A stretch of 64,000 nt of DNA from Podarcis muralis (Eukaryota). The translations under genes and the position numbers were made by a program. Position 1 is the stretch's first letter. The number at the start of each line of letters is the position of its first letter. The stretch covers positions 26,908,001 through 26,972,000 of the forward strand of contig NC_135667.1 in the NCBI RefSeq assembly GCF_964188315.1. The letters run 5' to 3'. The notes under the pieces were generated by a model. That model was given only the letters and a program-made list of their open reading frames with translations. It did no database searches and had not been told where the DNA came from. Shown here piece by piece: positions 1 to 11,865 of this stretch.

Positions 1-44
1 GAAAAGCACTGTTAAATCATGCCATCATAGCCCAGTGTCCTGTA

Positions 45-286
45 CAGTGGTACCTCGGGTTACAAACACCTTGGGTTACAAACACTTTGGGTTACAGACT
101 CCGCTAACCCAGAAGTATTACCTCAGGTTAAGAACTTTACCTCAGGATGAGAACAGAAATTGTGCGCTGGTGGCACAGCGGCAGTGAGAGGCCCCATTAG
201 CTAAAGTGGTATCTCAGTTTAAGAACGGTTTCAGGTTAAGAACGGACCTCTGGAATGATTTAAGTTCGTAACCAGAGGTACCACTA
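45..286. mobile_element. Tc1/mariner-type MITE (CAGTGGTACCTC TIR family)
   Basis: TA|CAGTGGTACCTCGGG...GAGGTACCACT. Same family at 11866-12107, 22037-22310 and 48480-48721. Confidence 0.8.
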
Positions 287-861
287 TGCTCAACAGGTGC
301 CAACAAGATGTCTGTGGGAAATATGGAAGCAGGACTTGAGTGCAAAAGCAGTCTCCCCACCTGTGGTTCCCTGCAAGTGGTATTTGTGCTGAAATCCCTT
401 TATCCATCTAGAGAGTTTCTGTATGTCCTGCCAGTGTGTGTGTGTTGGATGCAATATAGTTCTATAGTGACATTTCCATTAAAAGCCCTTGTAATCTTTC
501 ACACACAATGGCCAACCAGATGCCTCTAAGAATCCCAAAAGCAGGCCATGAGGGCAAGAGCTGTGTCTCATGCTTTTGTTCCCCAGCAATTAATATTCAG
601 AGATATTCTGCCTGTGATGCTGGAAGTAGCCTAAAGCCATCAGAACCAGTAGCCATTAACCCTCATCAGACATTAAAAACGTGTGCTCAGATAGACAGAG
701 GAAGGGAAGCAGCACCCTTTCTCCTTCCTCTCTCCTGAACTTCCTGTGCTAAGCATGAAAGGCTGCAGGGAGATTTTAACTGGACTTGATTAGAATTCCC
801 TCTTCTACTGAGAACCCTGATTGTGCAGGAGGATAAATATAGCTAAAAGTGTCATGGGAGG

Positions 862-1009
862 TAGTGGCGTAGCATGGGTTGTCAGCACCCAGGGCAAGGC
901 AAGTAATTTGTGCCCCCTAACCCGTGGATTTGCGCCCCCTAACCCGATTACAGCAGATGTTGTGCCCGGGGCGGCCGGGCCCCCCTGCACCCCCCACGCT
1001 ACGCCACTG
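862..1009. mobile_element. hAT-type MITE
   Basis: TIR TAGTGGCGTAGC / GCTACGCCACTG. 8-bp TSD ATGGGAGG / ATGGCAGG. Confidence 0.7.
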
Positions 1010-1696
1010 ATGGCAGGGTAGGGACGATATGCATCTGTTCAGATGACTACTAATCATGATAGCTATGTGCTACCTCCATCTTCAGAAGCATCTCAATACC
1101 AGTTGCTGGAAACCCAGGGTAGGGTGAGTGCTGCTGTGTTCAGGTCCTGCTTCCTTTCCACATGCATATGGTTGAGAACAGGATGCTGGGCTAGCTGGAT
1201 CATTGGCCTGATCCAGCTGGCTCTTCTTATGTTCCAGTGCAGATGACTGTGAGGCTTAAGTGCTTTACAACTTGCACTTGAGTGCTCTGTTTTCACTACA
1301 TGACACGATCTAGGCTGCAGTAGGAACCCACCTGAGCATTCAATCAACTGACTGCAAGGAGCATTTCCTGGCCATCAGGGTCTATAAAGGATTAGCTTCA
1401 GAACTTTCTTCTTGGCCTGAACATTACATCCCTTGCCCACTTCCTGCCTGATCTAAGTTCGTGCTCTACTTTTCTGCCCACTACTTTGTATTTTGTCCTG
1501 CCTCTTGGATAAACACCTGTGCCTGACCCACTTGGACTGGCATTGTCGAGATCGGGCGTGTTCAGGGTAGTATGGCCATAGACTGGACTGGCATTGTCAA
1601 GCAACAGCTCTCCAAGGTCACAGAGCCTGACTTCCTGCAACCTTTGCAGAGGACTAACTTTACAGTTAACTCTTACTACAGTCAGCATTACAAATA

Positions 1697-2547
1697 CAGT
1701 GGTGCCCCGCAAGACGGAAAACCCGCTAGATGAAAGGGTTTTCCGTTTTGGAGGCGCTTCGCAAAACGAATTTCCCTATGGGCTTCCTTCGCAAGACGAA
1801 AGCCCATAGGGAAATCTCCGGGACAGCGGGGAAGCGCAGCGCGTCTTCCCCACTGTCCTCGGACCTCCTCCGAAGGCTGGCGGCGGGGCGGAGAGACCTC
1901 CTCCCGCCGCCAGCCTTCGTTTCTCCGCTATCCCGGACGGCTTTTGAACGCAGACGGGGGGGAGCAAAGACTTTCGCCCCCCGCCGGCCTTCAGAAGAGG
2001 TCCAGGACCTCTTCTGAAGGCCGGTGGGGGGCGAAAGTCTTTGCTCCCCCCTGCCTGCCTTCCCGGGGGCTTTTAAATCACCCCGGGACAGCAGAGAAGT
2101 CCTCCGCTGTCCCGGGGCAATTTTAAAATGCTGGCGGGCGGCAGCGAAGGCTTCGCTGCCGCCCGCCAGCATTTTAAAATCGCCCCGGACAGCGGAGAAG
2201 TCCTCCGCTGTCCCAGGGTTTTTTAAAATGCTGGCGGGCGGCAGCGGAGGCTTCGCTGCCGCCCGCCAGCATTTTAAGATCGCCCCAGGACAGCGGAGAA
2301 GTCTCCGCTGTCCCGGGGTTTTTTAAAATGCTGGGGGTGGGAAGAAAAGCCCTTGTCCCCCCCCCCAGCCTTCAGAAGAGGTCGGGGGACAGACTGTCCC
2401 CGGACCTGGTCTGAAGGCGGTTTCCATAGGAACGCATTGATTCATTTTCAATGCATTCCTATGGGAAACCATGCTTCGCAAGACGGAAAAATCGCAAGAC
2501 GACAAAACTTGCGGAACGAATTAATTTCATCTTGCGAGGCACCACTG
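1697..2547. mobile_element. 850-bp Tc1/mariner-type non-autonomous element with internal hairpin repeats
   Basis: TA|CAGTGGTGCCCCGCAAGACG ... CATCTTGCGAGGCACCACTG|TA. Internal ~105-bp GC-rich units are repeated. Confidence 0.85.
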
Positions 2548-2966
2548 TAATGCTGATTTACTCACATACACAAACACAACTTATATCTTAGAGGAAGTCC
2601 TTGCTTGAGTGGAACACTTTCTGCTCAAAGAACAGAACTTCCCCCTCCTCATCCCTTGCACACACACACCCAAAAAACCCCTGCTCTGGCAGTTTCCCCA
2701 GCCCTCCAGAACAAATTTGGGAAGTTCTGGGGGGCACTCAATGGGAGGAGATGGAGGACAGGTTTTGTTGCATTTGTGAAAGTCACTCTACTCATAATGA
2801 CTTTGCTGGATTCAACCCACACACCAGTTTAGCAAATGTGGATTTGTAATCATTTACCTTCACGGCTGTTAAACTGAGAGGAATCAACACAGTTTCAATT
2901 TAGCTAGTTTACAAACTGGTCAGCTGACCAAAAAAAAGGGCTGAAGGGAGCAAGAAGTGAATATGT

Positions 2967-4047
2967 ATGGAGCCTGAAAGAACCAAGCTGCTTTGCACAC
3001 CAGAAATGAATAAATGCATTATCCATTCAGAAGGGGAGTTGTCCAAAAAAAACAACAACAACAACAAAGAAGGTCCCCTCCACCCACCATGTTCCAACCC
3101 ATCTGGATCTCCAACCAGCAGGTCAGAGTGATAAATGGACAGCCTGAAGACAAGTTGAAGGCCACACAAACACAAAAGGTGATAAATGGGTCGTTTCTCC
3201 TTCTCTTCCTTCACCACCCACAGGTGTGGAGTGCTTTTGTTTGTGATGCTCTCACAGGTCGCTCTGGGAATTGAAACGCTGTGGAAGAACTCTGGGCCTC
3301 TTCAAATAAAGCTGACAAAAAGCGAAACTAATTGTGTTTCATGGCCTTCTCAGTCCACTGCTCTTCCATACGTTTCAGCACAAAACAGCTGTAGAGATGA
3401 AATACTCACACAGGTAACTTACATTAGGCTTGGTAAGCGAGATGAGTGCCGCAACCCCAGAGTCAGTCACGACTGAACCTAATGATCAGGGGTCCCTTTA
3501 CCTTTACCTTTTTATGCACCAAATGAGAAATAATTAGATTTTTTTTAAATGGTTCTCGTATGTTGCAAACCCTTAAGACTTTCAAAGAGGGTGAAGTTGT
3601 TTGGGAAGCAGCTCTCAATGAGACTTGTGACACCATAAGAGACCTGGCTACTAGGGTAAGTCTTTCTTTTTCTTTTTAAAGGTACTCTTGACAGAATTGT
3701 TCAAACAATATTGTTCAGTGGACTTTTGGCAAGGATACAAGCAGGATGTCAGGAACTGTATGTTTTTCTCAAACACGAACAATTCTCATATGAATTGTGT
3801 ACTGATCTCTGAATGGCTGCCTAAATTAAAAGACTCAAACCTAGGGACAATAGGCATACTAGACCATGGGGAAGTTATAACAAGGCTTCAGTTGGATCCT
3901 GACAGAGAAACAAGCAGAACCTGCCAATTAAATCCAGTGCTGCTTCTCAGAGCAATTACACTTGAAAGGGTCAAGGAGGGTTTGCAACAGTGTTTCATTA
4001 ACTACATCCCTACTCTGCAGCAATGCTATGGGATACAATGGAGTTAG
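2967..4047 (+). CDS. Uncharacterised 3-exon gene, predicted ~236-aa cysteine-rich type II membrane (or signal-anchored) protein
   Basis: Exons 2967-3121 (MEPERTKLLC...SGSPTS, donor AG|GTCAGA, phase 2), 3224-3413 (pyrimidine tract + CAG acceptor; R-CGVLLFVMLSQVALGIETLW..., donor CAG|GTAACT, phase 0) and 3682-4047 (TTTTTAAAG acceptor; VLLTELFKQYC...CYGIQWS*). Phases join into one open frame of 711 nt. The start codon (2967 vs 3006) is uncertain. Confidence 0.6.
3437..3510 (+). mobile_element. Sauria SINE 3' fragment (intron 2 of the uncharacterised gene)
   Basis: GCGAGATGAGTGCCGCAACCCCAGAGTC...GGGGTCCCTTTACCTTTACC; reverse-complement match to the SINE at 36019. Confidence 0.8.
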
Positions 4048-5451
4048 TTCCAAGAAGGACATTAATTAATCAACCAATCAAGCATGAGGTTCAAAGGAGT
4101 AGAAGCTGGGAGGAACTACAGAAGGAAATATATGAGTAAGAGGAGGCACATGAACAATCTGGGAGCTGGTAAGATACAGTACAGTACAATCTTTTGCCTA
4201 GAAAAGTATGCTAAACCCATACATACACACAAACACACACACACACACACCTTACACTCCATTCTATAGTCCATTCTGCCAACACCATTTCATTCCCAAC
4301 TAATTCTTCTGCATGAGTAGGCCAGGGTTAGGGTTAGGGTCTGAATCTGTAAATTGATTCCATTGAAACATACTGCATTTTAGTGATCCCAAGGCAAGAA
4401 GCTTAGGTTTTTAGGGATGTTGTGGTTTTGGGTCTTGGTTTGGATACTGATCCTCCAGGCACTTGTCTGGATATCATCCATATGTAAAACAGAAGACAGA
4501 GACAAAGACTTCCAAGCATGCTAAAATGTTTATTTGTGAATCAAACAATGTGGGGAAAATCTCAATCTTAGTGCAAACATGCAACCATTCCATCGCTCTC
4601 ATGCGGGCAATAGTGGGCACTGCAGCTCCTCGTGAATCCACAGGTCTAAGCTGCCAGATGTGGTGAGCACGGGGTGGGTGACATCAGAAGTAGTCGAGAA
4701 GAAAAGACAGGAAGCATTTGGGATTTGCTTTGAACATTTATTGATGCAAGAGCAAAGCATATGACTACAGACACCAGGGTCAAGCAGGGGTGAGGGTAGG
4801 GGAAGAGACTTGATTCTAAGGGAAATCTAGCCTGAGAAACCAGTCAGCTGACGAGCAGGTGCTCATTGGCTGGGGCAGGAGCAAAGGGTGAAGAGCGCCC
4901 TCCACACTCTGTCTGTGTCCAGACTGTGAGTGCCCATCCACTGGCTGGTGGGCGGGGACGGGCCATGGAAGGTGCTCTTCACCCCCACACCCCACCCATG
5001 CCTAGCGCACAGGGGCCAACAATCAGTGGGTGGGAGCGGGGTGACCCCGGAGGTGAAGAACATCCTCTGCACTGACCCAGGGGACTCGTGCACCGGGCAC
5101 ATGCCTAGTTTGCACCTCCCAAGATTCTGTGCCCAGGGCCAGGGCCCCCCTTGTCATCATCCCCCCCCACACACACTAGGCCACTGACTGTGGGTCCTCA
5201 TGACTGCCCAGTGCTCCAAAGTGAAGGGAATACCAGAAGCAGCGAGGAAGATAAGAATATATTGTGGTGTGCTCTGAACAATTATTTATTGAACAGAATG
5301 GCAGAGAACTAAATAAACAACAAAAGATAACATATAACATGCAATGTTCAATCAACTAAGTCTGGGATTGGAGGAGGTACCTTGCTTATCTGGGCAATAT
5401 ATAGCCCAGGAGGCCAAGTGGCAAATATCAGGTGCCACAGCTGTTCTCCCA

Positions 5452-6058
5452 CTACCTTTCTGTCTCTACCTCATCGCCTAAGCAGGGGTTTCTGTCACCC
5501 GACTGGTTGTCATCGAAACATTTAATGCAGCCTCTGTTGCTACTGTAGCACCGGAATAGGGGGGCACCCTGGATGTGTTCCCAAGCCCCCACCACAGCCT
5601 CATGCTCTTTCACTGTATCCTTCACGTAAACAGTCTCAAAAACAAAAGCCCTGGAATCCTCACTGTATCTGTTAAAAAGGGGGTTGACCATCTGGACAAT
5701 GTTTCTCGCATCACTCTCATTAAGGCAACGTTCTACACAAGGAGATAATTTGCTAAAGAAGATCAGGCAACTATTTTGGTCTTTATTGGATAGGATCCTT
5801 TCTACAGGGCTATTCTGGCCTCCAGTCAGCAAGCGCCATTCCGCGTGCTCTTTACTACGGGTAAATCTTGGCCTAGCTGCAATGACATCTCCTATTGGCT
5901 TTGGGACATATATTCCATTCCTGTGGTCAAGAGCATTCTTCATCTGCTGCATTTTGCTCCTGGGCAAAACTGTCTCCAAGATCGTTGGTGTAGGTTCTAT
6001 GCAGCATGCATGATCCAGTCTTATAGCCACAGCATAATGGATGTTTTTAATGCCATAC
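5452..6058 (-). CDS. SNAD-like secreted AID/APOBEC-type deaminase, locus 1: intact catalytic terminal exon only
   Basis: ORF 5452-6144 contains HAEWRLL...IFFSKLSPCVERC and a C-terminal Cys cluster. Acceptor ttcctAG|G at 6059-6060 has the same phase as loci 2 and 3. AATAAA at 5290-5285. No homologue of exons 1-2 was seen between 6060 and 7470. Confidence 0.75.
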
Positions 6059-7648
6059 CTAGGAATGAGCACCAAAAAATGATGGGAATGAGTGGCACTG
6101 AATGAGCAAAAACTAACATTGAGTATTCCAAACTGAACTTTCATGTTTGGCAGCTGAATAGAAAGGCATTGTTAGAGGGAAGGATTTTTTTTTATTGGGA
6201 TGTGATGGTTGTGATGACTGATAAACAAATTCTAACTGGCATCTGCTAATATACCAGGACAGAGATGGGTTTTACAACAAAGATTCTCAAAAAATTAAGT
6301 GAGGTTTAGTTAGCGTCACGGCTGTTACTGGGCAGGAAAACAATATTGTGGTTTTTTTATTTTTTAAAAAAGTTATCCTGCAACGAGCAGATAGTCTTGC
6401 CAACAAACTATTATATGCAATATGTGTATTTTTACATCTCCATTATGTCTGGGTGTGCAGTGTGCTTCCAACAACTCTGTGAGGTAGGTTAGGCTGCAAG
6501 TTGATTCAGTTCCCAGAGCTATAAAGGTACACATGACATGCTTACAACATTATTTGTGGCATATCAGGAGTGTGGAAGCAAAAGTTGATGCCTATAGTGC
6601 AAGCACTAAAGATTGAGAACAACATTGAGAACAACAACATATGTTATTATAATAATACATTCTTTCAGCATAACCTTCCAAAATCCACACACATATTGGC
6701 ATTCCCACCACATGTGGAAATAGGAGGCAAAACAGAAGTCAAGGGTGCTTTTCTTAATATTTGCAAAACAACTGCTGGTTAGTTTATCAGTAGGGCTGAA
6801 TCAGTTGGGAAGGAGGCTTTTATGCTCACAAATGCTAATTAAGAACCCACAGGTGTGTGTATGTGTGGGCAGCCAGTTTATGTCAACAATTTCTTCCTCT
6901 GTGCCCTTGCAAGAGCTTGTGCTTATTTTATAATGACCTGTTGAGTTAAGCTAAGGGGTTTAGGGACATGCTCTGAATTCCAGATCAACCAAGCACCCCG
7001 CCAACAATAGTCCCAGGGCTCCTCTTCCTTGACCTAGTCTTTCAGATCAAGACATCACAATCAGTATCAAACTGTATTTTGGTCACAGACCAGCATAAGA
7101 TAAAACCATATTTCAATGAATGTCCATCATGGAAGCGCAGAATCTAGCAACTGAGGATATAACATCTGGATTTTCAGAGACATCGCAATGTTGCAATGAA
7201 TTCTCCTTAACTTAGGTTGCTTCTCCAGGCTGCAGCAAATTGTCCTTTGGGCTTTTAAGTTTTATGTCAGCTGTGGGCACTGGATTGTATTGTAACCTTG
7301 AATTCTCAAACACCCATGGGCATGGGCATGTTAACAGCCCCAATGTGGACACTACAGCCCCACATGACTTTGCACATCTCTTCTGTAGGCGTGGGTGATT
7401 ATTCACACTATAGGGTACAGCAGAGGAAGAAGAAGCAAACAGACAAGAAGCTTTTGTGATATGCTCCAAAGATTTTATTGATTCAACAGCAAAGCAAAGG
7501 ACTACAAAGATCATATGTAATGCTCAATCTTGAGAAAACAAGAATATGGGAATGAGGAAGGGGTGACTTTGGTTCTTAGGCCAGCTGGCAAAATGCTAAG
7601 TGCCACAACTGCAATCCCTAGGTGGCACTACTCTAGCATTGGCTTTCC

Positions 7649-10600
7649 CTAATTGGCCAAGCAGGGACTGCCGTTATCAAATTGGTCATGGTTAAAACAT
7701 TTGATGCAGGCTCTATTACCTGCATAGCACCGAAATAGTGGGGCATTCTGGATGCGTTGCCAGGCCCTCAACACAACCTTATCTTCTCTTTCTGCATCCC
7801 TTGCGTAAATGGACTCAAAAACAAAAGCCCTGGCATCTTCATTGAACCTGTTAAAAAGGGGGATGACCACCTGTACAATGTTTCTCATGCTATTCTCATT
7901 GAGACATCGGTTCACACAGGGGGATAATTTGCTAAAGAAGATCAGGCAACTATTTTGGTCCTTATTGGCTAGGATCCTTTCTACTGGGCTATTCTGGCCT
8001 CCGTTCAGTAAGCGCCATTCAGCATGCACTGCTGAATGTGTCAGAAACATTGGCCTGGCTGCAACAACATCCCCTATCAGATGTGGGTTATACATTCCAT
8101 TTGGCCGCATAATCTTCCTTTTCATCTGAATCATTTCGTGTCTAGGTAAAGCAGCCTGTAAATTCCGCCGTGTAGGATTTCTGCAGTATGTGTTATCCAG
8201 TCTTACAGCCACAGCATAATGGTTATAGGGGAGGCCAAACCTAAGAAAAACCAAAGGAAAGCTGAGAATGAGTGGTGCTGAACTATTCCAAACCAGGTTC
8301 CTCCTTTTGGCCCATGTTGGCTTGATTTTTTATTATAGTCTCAGATGCAGTCATTTGAATGGAGAGGCAGAGAAGTTCCAGTTCTACTGCAATATCTATG
8401 ATGACCTATTTATAGATAGAAGCCACAACTTAATGTTACAGCAGATAGCCAGTGGTTTTTTTGGGGGGGATGGGACGTCAATAACCCAAGATGATGGAGT
8501 TTATCATGTTAATTGGAATTAGATTTGCTAAGCAAAACCAGGAGTGCCATGAGAGCCAGACCAGTGGGTGCAGATCAGGGGTTCCATGCATCCTAGAGGG
8601 GGAATACCCTTTTCCTTTAAATACTGTGCTAGTAAAAGCACCATATTTGCTTGCAAAAGAAGAAGACTCCCAGCACATCAGCACTTTCCAGGACACCCAT
8701 ATGACTATGTGCTGCATAATCCCACGGGCGTCCCAGGAAGTGAAGCCAGACATTGTGCTGCTCTGAGTGCACAAGGTTTTTTAAAAATAAAGACCACCTC
8801 AGCTATGGCACCGCTAATGTGTTTGGGGCACACTGGCTGAGGCTTGTAGCCAGCAAGGCCTGCATAATGCCCAGTTAGTTCCTTCCCAAATCACCCTGTT
8901 TCTACTGCAGTGCCCTTTCTCCCAGAGGTAGGATGGTGGAGGAATGCGATTCAGTCCACATTTAAAGGTGAACCTACCAAATTTTCACTTTCCAAAATAG
9001 TTTGAAAACCAAAATAAGCCCCCCCCCCCCGAAATTCACACTTCTCCAAATTATGCATTGTACTTTTCGAGCAAAGTAATTTGCACAAATGACCATTGAG
9101 ATTGCTACAGCCCATTAAAGGGCAGCTTTGTTTTCATGAACTTGGGGGATAAGTGCGTTAAACAGGTTTTCTAGGAAGTGAAAAGACCTCACTGCTAAAC
9201 CCCCAATAGAAAGCAGAAAGGCAAGAAAGGGTATAGGTGTAAAACAGATGGGAAATGTTCGACTTCATTGCTATGAGAGTTTGGAGGACCTGTTCTGAAA
9301 GGAGAAGAAAATGACCATTACAACGTTAGAAGTACTATATAAATGGAAGAACCACTAACCTTTTAAAGTGCTGTGGAATTTAGGTATGCCTTCAGTGTTT
9401 ACTGTTATGTCCTACCCATATAAGAACAGATTATTTCCTTAACAAGTTCATTTTGAAGTGGATATCTAACTTAAGAGGGTGATTGGAGGAGAAAGTTAGT
9501 TCCATAGGAGGGGATTATTGTTTTTGTTTGTTATTATGGTGTACATTTTTGTGGTTTTATATTGAAACCTGCCCTGTGGTCCTTCCATGAAGGACAGAAT
9601 AGAAATTTCATTAATTAATTAATTATGCATATATTATGGTACAGTATGCATAAAAATGCATGTACATTGTAAAAATAACATTAAAATCATTGTATTAGGG
9701 GATTTTCTTTTTGCAAAAATGTGTATGTTAGGAAAAACTGCATAAAAATATGTGAATATAAATTTGCGCTAAATGCTGGTGATTTTTCTTGGAAATATGG
9801 AAAACTGAAGAGTGGAAAGATGAGAACCAGAAATAAACCTGCTCACCCATCCCTATGCAGTGCTTCCCTCTACAGGCATCTTACTGTACAAGTTTTTATG
9901 TGCCTTGCAATATTCACAGTCATAATGATATTGCCTTCCCCACATCTTCACCCTAATAGCACTTAAAGATGACAAAATGTGAAAGCACGCATGCCAGAAC
10001 AAAACCACATGGGCAGACCTTTGAAAGCAAACATATAACACACACACATTTCCCCTCTGCACAAATATACATACACAGACAGAATCTTATTCATTTATCT
10101 TAGGCCACCTTGTAGCAGCATCAGCATCAAGGGAAGCTCATAACATGAAGCAAAGCAATCTCCTCCATGTTGTATGAAATAATCAAAACGTAAATTATTA
10201 AGTGCTCGCTTCGGCAGCACATATACTAAAATGTAAATTATTATGAGTAGGAAAGCAAAATGCTTTATTTGGCCAGAATACCAACATTCTTGCTTGTTTT
10301 AGTCCCATGATTTTGTTTTGAGGGGTTTTTCGAAATGTGTTGAACACTTGCTTGGAAAGCCCCAGAAAAATCCAAAACATTACTCACTCTCTGATGTAGT
10401 CAATGATTGCCTTCAGCTTGTCTGGATCTATAGACCCAAAGGCTCCACTTGTCAAACACAGCAGGAAAGTCACACTCAACAGGCTGAAACCCAATCGACT
10501 TCTGGACACCTGTCAGAAGAAAACAAAAAGAGAGGGCACTCAGAGTAGCGTCATTGGCTAGGTGTTTCCAGCCACTCTGCTCCACCCCCTGCCTTTGGAA

Positions 10601-11336
10601 GGGTCATAGGACGCTGCTGCCTGAAAGGTGACTGTCTTTGGGAAGCTGAGAGTCCAGAAAATTGATCTAACTGGCTAGCAGTAGTGGGTGGAGACCCTGA
10701 GACTGGTAGAGGTTGCCAGAGCTAGACTGCAGAATCTAGGCAGTACCGTTCAGATAGGGGTGTAGCTGGACCATCAGCCCAAACTGATAGAAGACACTCC
10801 ATGCCAATGAGGCTTCTTATGACTCAAGTGACAAGAGTGGCTCCAGAAATACCCCAAGCTATGCATTTCCAGTTTTATACACCTACGCCTTAATTAGCTA
10901 CATGAGGGTGCAATGCAATCTGGATATAAGATATGCCTATCAGATATTTTCCCAGTTCTAAAACGATTACATTGTACTTTAATTTTATTACTGTAAATCT
11001 TGAATATTTGTCTGAATTTAATCGTCTTACATCTTGTGAGCTGTTAATTGTTTTGAGCTGATTGGAGCTCATCCTTGTTGTCAGGAAAGCAGCACATAGA
11101 TATTAAATCAAAATCCTAATGTTGTAGAATTATACTGTTGTTGTTTTCTTTTCAATGAAGTTCAATGAAGCATTATCATCATTCCTACTTGTTTTGTAAG
11201 TAGGAATGATGATAATGTCTTATTGGTATGAATGTTATATTTATTCATAACATGTATTATATGCCACAATAATAACAGAAGCTTGATAGAGGCATATCAG
11301 ATAAATTGTAACAGAGTTACTCACTGTCGGCTCCAT
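7649..11336 (-). CDS. SNAD-like secreted deaminase, locus 2 (complete, 241 aa)
   Basis: Exon 1 11336-11325 (ctaccATGGAGCCGACA|GTGAGT); exon 2 10509-10388 (VSRSRLGFSLLSVTFLLCLTSGAFG-SIDPDKLKAIIDYIR, |GTGAGT, phase 2); exon 3 8240-7649 (ttcttAG|G, HAEWRLL...SPCVNRC). Hydrophobic signal peptide present. AATAAA at 7479-7474. Confidence 0.85.
10202..10232 (+). pseudogene. Retroposed 5' fragment of U6 snRNA with 11-bp target-site duplication
   Basis: GTGCTCGCTTCGGCAGCACATATACTAAAAT is the first 31 nt of U6. Flanked by GTAAATTATTA at 10190-10200 and 10233-10243. Confidence 0.9.
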
Positions 11337-11406
11337 GGTAGGAAAGTAGCTTGTCTCCCAGCCAAAGACGGTCTTCCTCCCACTTACAGCAATAATTCAC
11401 CAGCTC

Positions 11407-11414
11407 TTTATATA
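11407..11414 (-). promoter_or_regulatory. TATA box of deaminase locus 2
   Basis: TATATAAA ~70 bp upstream of the Kozak ATG at 11336. CCAAT motifs at ~11469 and ~11523. Conserved in locus 3 (18486-18479). Confidence 0.65.
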
Positions 11415-11585
11415 GGTATTCTGTTTCTCTTAGGAAAGGTTGGATACCCCTCCTTGTATATAGAACTGCCAATCACAAAACAGAGAGGTGGTCAGGGTTT
11501 TTTTAAAAAAAAACACACCTGACCAATTACAGGAAGAAATTGTCACGAGGCAGGGAGGATCTGCAACTCTTTCTGTTCTTGGTAA

Positions 11586-11605
11586 GAGAACTGAAAGAGA
11601 AACCC
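11586..11605 (-). promoter_or_regulatory. ISRE/IRF-E-like element upstream of locus 2
   Basis: Minus strand GGTTTCTCTTTCAGTTCTC (plus strand GAAAGAGAAA at 11593-11602) matches GAAANNGAAA, ~180 bp upstream of the TATA box. Confidence 0.45.
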
Positions 11606-11865
11606 TATGGTCACATCATCCCTCTGCAACGTGTAATGACTGTGAAGGGAACCCAAATATTGTTTGCTAAGCTCTTTGGACTGCAAATACATTTGCATCA
11701 GCATTTTGGGAAGATTCTTGGTACTGAAACCAGCACCATTACAAAACAGTGCATCAGTTGCTGACTTGCCTCTCTACAGCAGTGTACTTCAGCCTTGGGT
11801 CCCTGGATGTTGCTGGACTACAACTCCCATTACCCCTAGGCTTCTTGGTCAATGGTCAGCGATTA

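Noticed and set aside
3089-3274. CCACCATG start (MFQPIW...) for the left-hand gene
   Set aside because: Spliced at 3121/3224 it terminates after 27 codons; at most an overlapping short ORF.
4670-5200. Possible LTR-like repeat, with a short resemblance to ~58600-58680
   Set aside because: No defined ends, TSD or primer-binding site could be identified.
5684-6013. Plus-strand ORFs at 5684, 7809 and 15012, and similar ORFs at 23077, 34531 and 56571
   Set aside because: Antisense shadows of the deaminase and V2R exons.
6546-6605. Candidate leader exon for locus 1 (phase-2 GTAAG donor)
   Set aside because: No similarity to exon 2 of loci 2/3 and no signal-peptide character.
5452-8254. Horizontally acquired bacterial toxin deaminase or contamination
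   Set aside because: The genes have GT-AG introns, Kozak starts, TATA and AATAAA signals and host SINE insertions.
8268-8840. Conserved ORF triplet repeated at 15438-16008
   Set aside because: Intron 2 sequence copied with the duplication; conserved in all frames equally, with no coding signature.
10400-10585. ORF MEQSGWKH... as the leader peptide
   Set aside because: Wrong frame; its hydrophobic stretch is the polypyrimidine tract of the true exon 2 acceptor at 10510-10511.
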